Of a DNA stretch of 64,000 nt, positions 62,075 to 64,000 are shown piece after piece. Where the stretch lies: contig CAWJTV010000011.1 of assembly GCA_963845755.1 (NCBI GenBank), forward strand, positions 1,248,001 to 1,312,000, in the 5' to 3' direction. The notes below the pieces were generated by a model. That model was not told the DNA's origin. It was given only the letters and a program-made list of their open reading frames with translations, and searched no databases. Source of the DNA: an uncultured Planctomycetota bacterium. Lineage in GTDB: Bacteria > Planctomycetota > Planctomycetia > Isosphaerales > Isosphaeraceae. A program made the position numbers and the translations under genes. Within the stretch, counting starts at the first letter, position 1; the number at the start of each line of letters is the position of its first letter.

Positions 62075-62345
62075 CCTGTGTCGTTTTCGAGATCCGCGGG
62101 TCTCCCGCGTGCGATGGGCGCAGGAGAGCGCCGGTTCGATCCGGCCATCCGGATCGGGGATGCACGCGGGCAGCTCTGAGGAATTGGGGAATTTGTCGCA
62201 CCTTGACGGCAGCGTAAGTCCCGAGTAGAACCTCTGTTGAAGCGCCCGACCATCCTAGGCCCTCAATTTTTTTCTTCGCACCTCATGACTTTTCGGGCCT
62301 TTCCCGGTATAAGGTCCACTTACCGGAAGTTCCAGGGGCCCATCG

Positions 62346-62702
62346 ATGCATGTGCCGAGCCACCCCACGCTGGTCCGTCGGATGCTCGACCGCCGCCTCA
62401 AGCAACTGGCTCCGGCTGGGCCGCTCCTGGCGGCCAGCCTGGCCCAGGTGCAGAAACGTTGCGGCCAGCCCTCCTGCGCCTGCCACCACGGTGGCCCGTT
62501 GCACTCCGCCCACCACCTCACCTTCTCGGAGGGGGGTAAGACTCGCACGGTGTATGTGCCCCAGGACCTGCTCACGGAGGTCCAAGAATGGGTGCAAGAA
62601 CACCAACGTCTCAAAGGCCTGATCCACGAAATCAGCCAGTTGACCCTGGCCTTGATCCAGGGCCACGTCTCGCACCGAAAGCGGCGGCGGGGACGACGCT
62701 GA
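62346..62702 (+). CDS. DUF6788-like small Cys/His protein
   Basis: RCGQPSCACHHGGPLH...GKTRTVYVP. Confidence 0.8.
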   Translation: MHVPSHPTLVRRMLDRRLKQLAPAGPLLAASLAQVQKRCGQPSCACHHGGPLHSAHHLTFSEGGKTRTVYVPQDLLTEVQEWVQEHQRLKGLIHEISQLTLALIQGHVSHRKRRRGRR

Positions 62703-64000
62703 ACATCGGACCTATCCTGGTGCGAACCCTGGGTCACTTCTTCCCCGATCTCAACACCTGGATCGATGCGATCGATGACCCGCGGTTTGCCCCCTTGGTG
62801 ATCTACCACAAGCGGTTCCTGCTGTGGTGGGGGCTGAGTTTGTTCCTGTGCAAGTTGAGCAGCCGGCGCCAACTGGACTACCAGTTGAACACCGACGGCC
62901 CGGAGGTCCTGCCCAATCTCAATCGTCTGGCGGGTACGGCGAAGAGAGCCGGCCGGTGAACCAGACCTTGGAGTACTTCCTGGGGAAAATCGGCCCCGAC
63001 CCCATCGCCGGGTTGCGGCAGCGGATGGTCCAGCGGTTGATCCGCATGAAGGCTCTGGACGCGGCGCGGCTGCAGGGGCGGTTCGTCGTCTTGATTGACG
63101 GCTCGGGCTATCTGGTGTTTCACTCCCGGCATTGCGACGATTGCCTGACCCAGCGGCACGGTGAGACGACGCTATATATGCACCAGGTGCTGGAGGCCAA
63201 GGTGCTGGGGCCGGCCGGCACGGTCATCTCGATCGCCAGTGAGTTCATCGACAACCACGACGTCGCCAGTGCCCCAGCGGGTGCCAGCGCGGAACGGATC
63301 AAGCAGGATTGCGAGTTGAAGGCCTTGCGACGCCTGGTGGAGAAGTTGCGGATCGAGTTCCCGCAGTTGCGGATTTGCCTCGGCGGTGACGGCCTGTATG
63401 CCTGCGGAGAAGGATTCCAGGTCGCCAAAGATTATCGATGCGACTACATTTACACGTTTCAGCCTGGACGACTTCCCGCCCTCTGGGAGGATTTCCAGGG
63501 GTTGCTGCGGTTGTGTCCCGACCAGCGCGTGGAACGGATGACGCCGCAAGGGGTCCGGCAGGTCTATCGCTGGATCAACGGCCTGCACTACAGGGACAGT
63601 GATGGTCGGGACTGGACCATCAACGCTCTGGAGTGCACCGAGACGGGCAAGGAGGGAAAGCAGACGGAATGGTCGTGGGTGACCTCTCTGGATTTGAGCC
63701 ACGAGACTGTGGTGGAAGTAGCGACCAACGGAGGGAGGGCACGCTGGCGCGAGGAGAACGAGGGATTTAACACCCAGAAGAACAGTGGCCTGAACCTGGA
63801 ACATGCCTACAGCCACAGATGCTGGCCGGCCTACTATTTCCTGTTGCAGATCGCCCATCTGCTGTTGCAACTGGTGGAGAAGGGGAGCCTGTTGCGGCAC
63901 CTGGCCCAAGAGCAGGGGAAGCGAACGGCCGTGGAGCTGTTCGGCTCGTTGAAGAACATGGCGCAACGATTGTTGGAGAGCCTGCGGTTTCGACACTGGC
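62699..64000 (+). CDS. DDE transposase (IS4/ISAs1-superfamily-like); frameshift near 62945; 3' partial
   Basis: IDDPR, LIDGSG, KQDCELKA, GDGLYA, GRARWREENEGFNTQK..LEHAY. CTGA overlap with the DUF6788 stop. Confidence 0.85.

Larger units (their letters stand above)
62212..64000 (+). mobile_element. Two-gene IS element (DUF6788 protein plus DDE transposase); left end tentative; truncated by the window
   Basis: Gene pair listed below. Candidate left end GCGTAAGTCC at 62212. Confidence 0.65.

Noticed and set aside
62105..62160. tRNA-like GCCGGTTCGATCCGGC T-arm
   Set aside because: No acceptor stem, D arm or anticodon arm can be built, and the loop is one base short.

Overview
High-GC bacterial DNA, very likely a planctomycete (Isosphaeraceae-like), judged from DUF1501, two DUF1559 genes, an ECF sigma/Ser-Thr kinase pair and a PEP-CTERM protein. 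About 45 coding regions are recognisable. They include a sulfite reductase hemoprotein (partial), Lon, phosphoketolase plus ppk2, an HlyD-RbbA-YhhJ-type exporter, a YtrA/GntR-ABC operon with a tandemly duplicated permease, two large Ser/Thr kinases, a HEPN two-gene module, an AraC/aldo-keto reductase/PQQ/cupin block, an IS5 remnant and a DUF6788-transposase IS cut by the window end. Many otherwise intact genes carry single-base frameshifts, which most likely reflects uncorrected long-read indels rather than biology. No rRNA, tRNA or CRISPR array was found. The most striking unannotated signal is intergenic: small non-coding elements with IS-like terminal inverted repeats that enclose REP-like palindrome pairs and sit in the loops of other hairpins. 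At 40920-41520 they are nested up to four levels deep, and an uninterrupted 194-bp copy lies at 45831-46024. There is also a four-copy heptamer-repeat element family and an isolated 5' fragment of a group II intron. Product calls come from motif recognition only; no searches were run.
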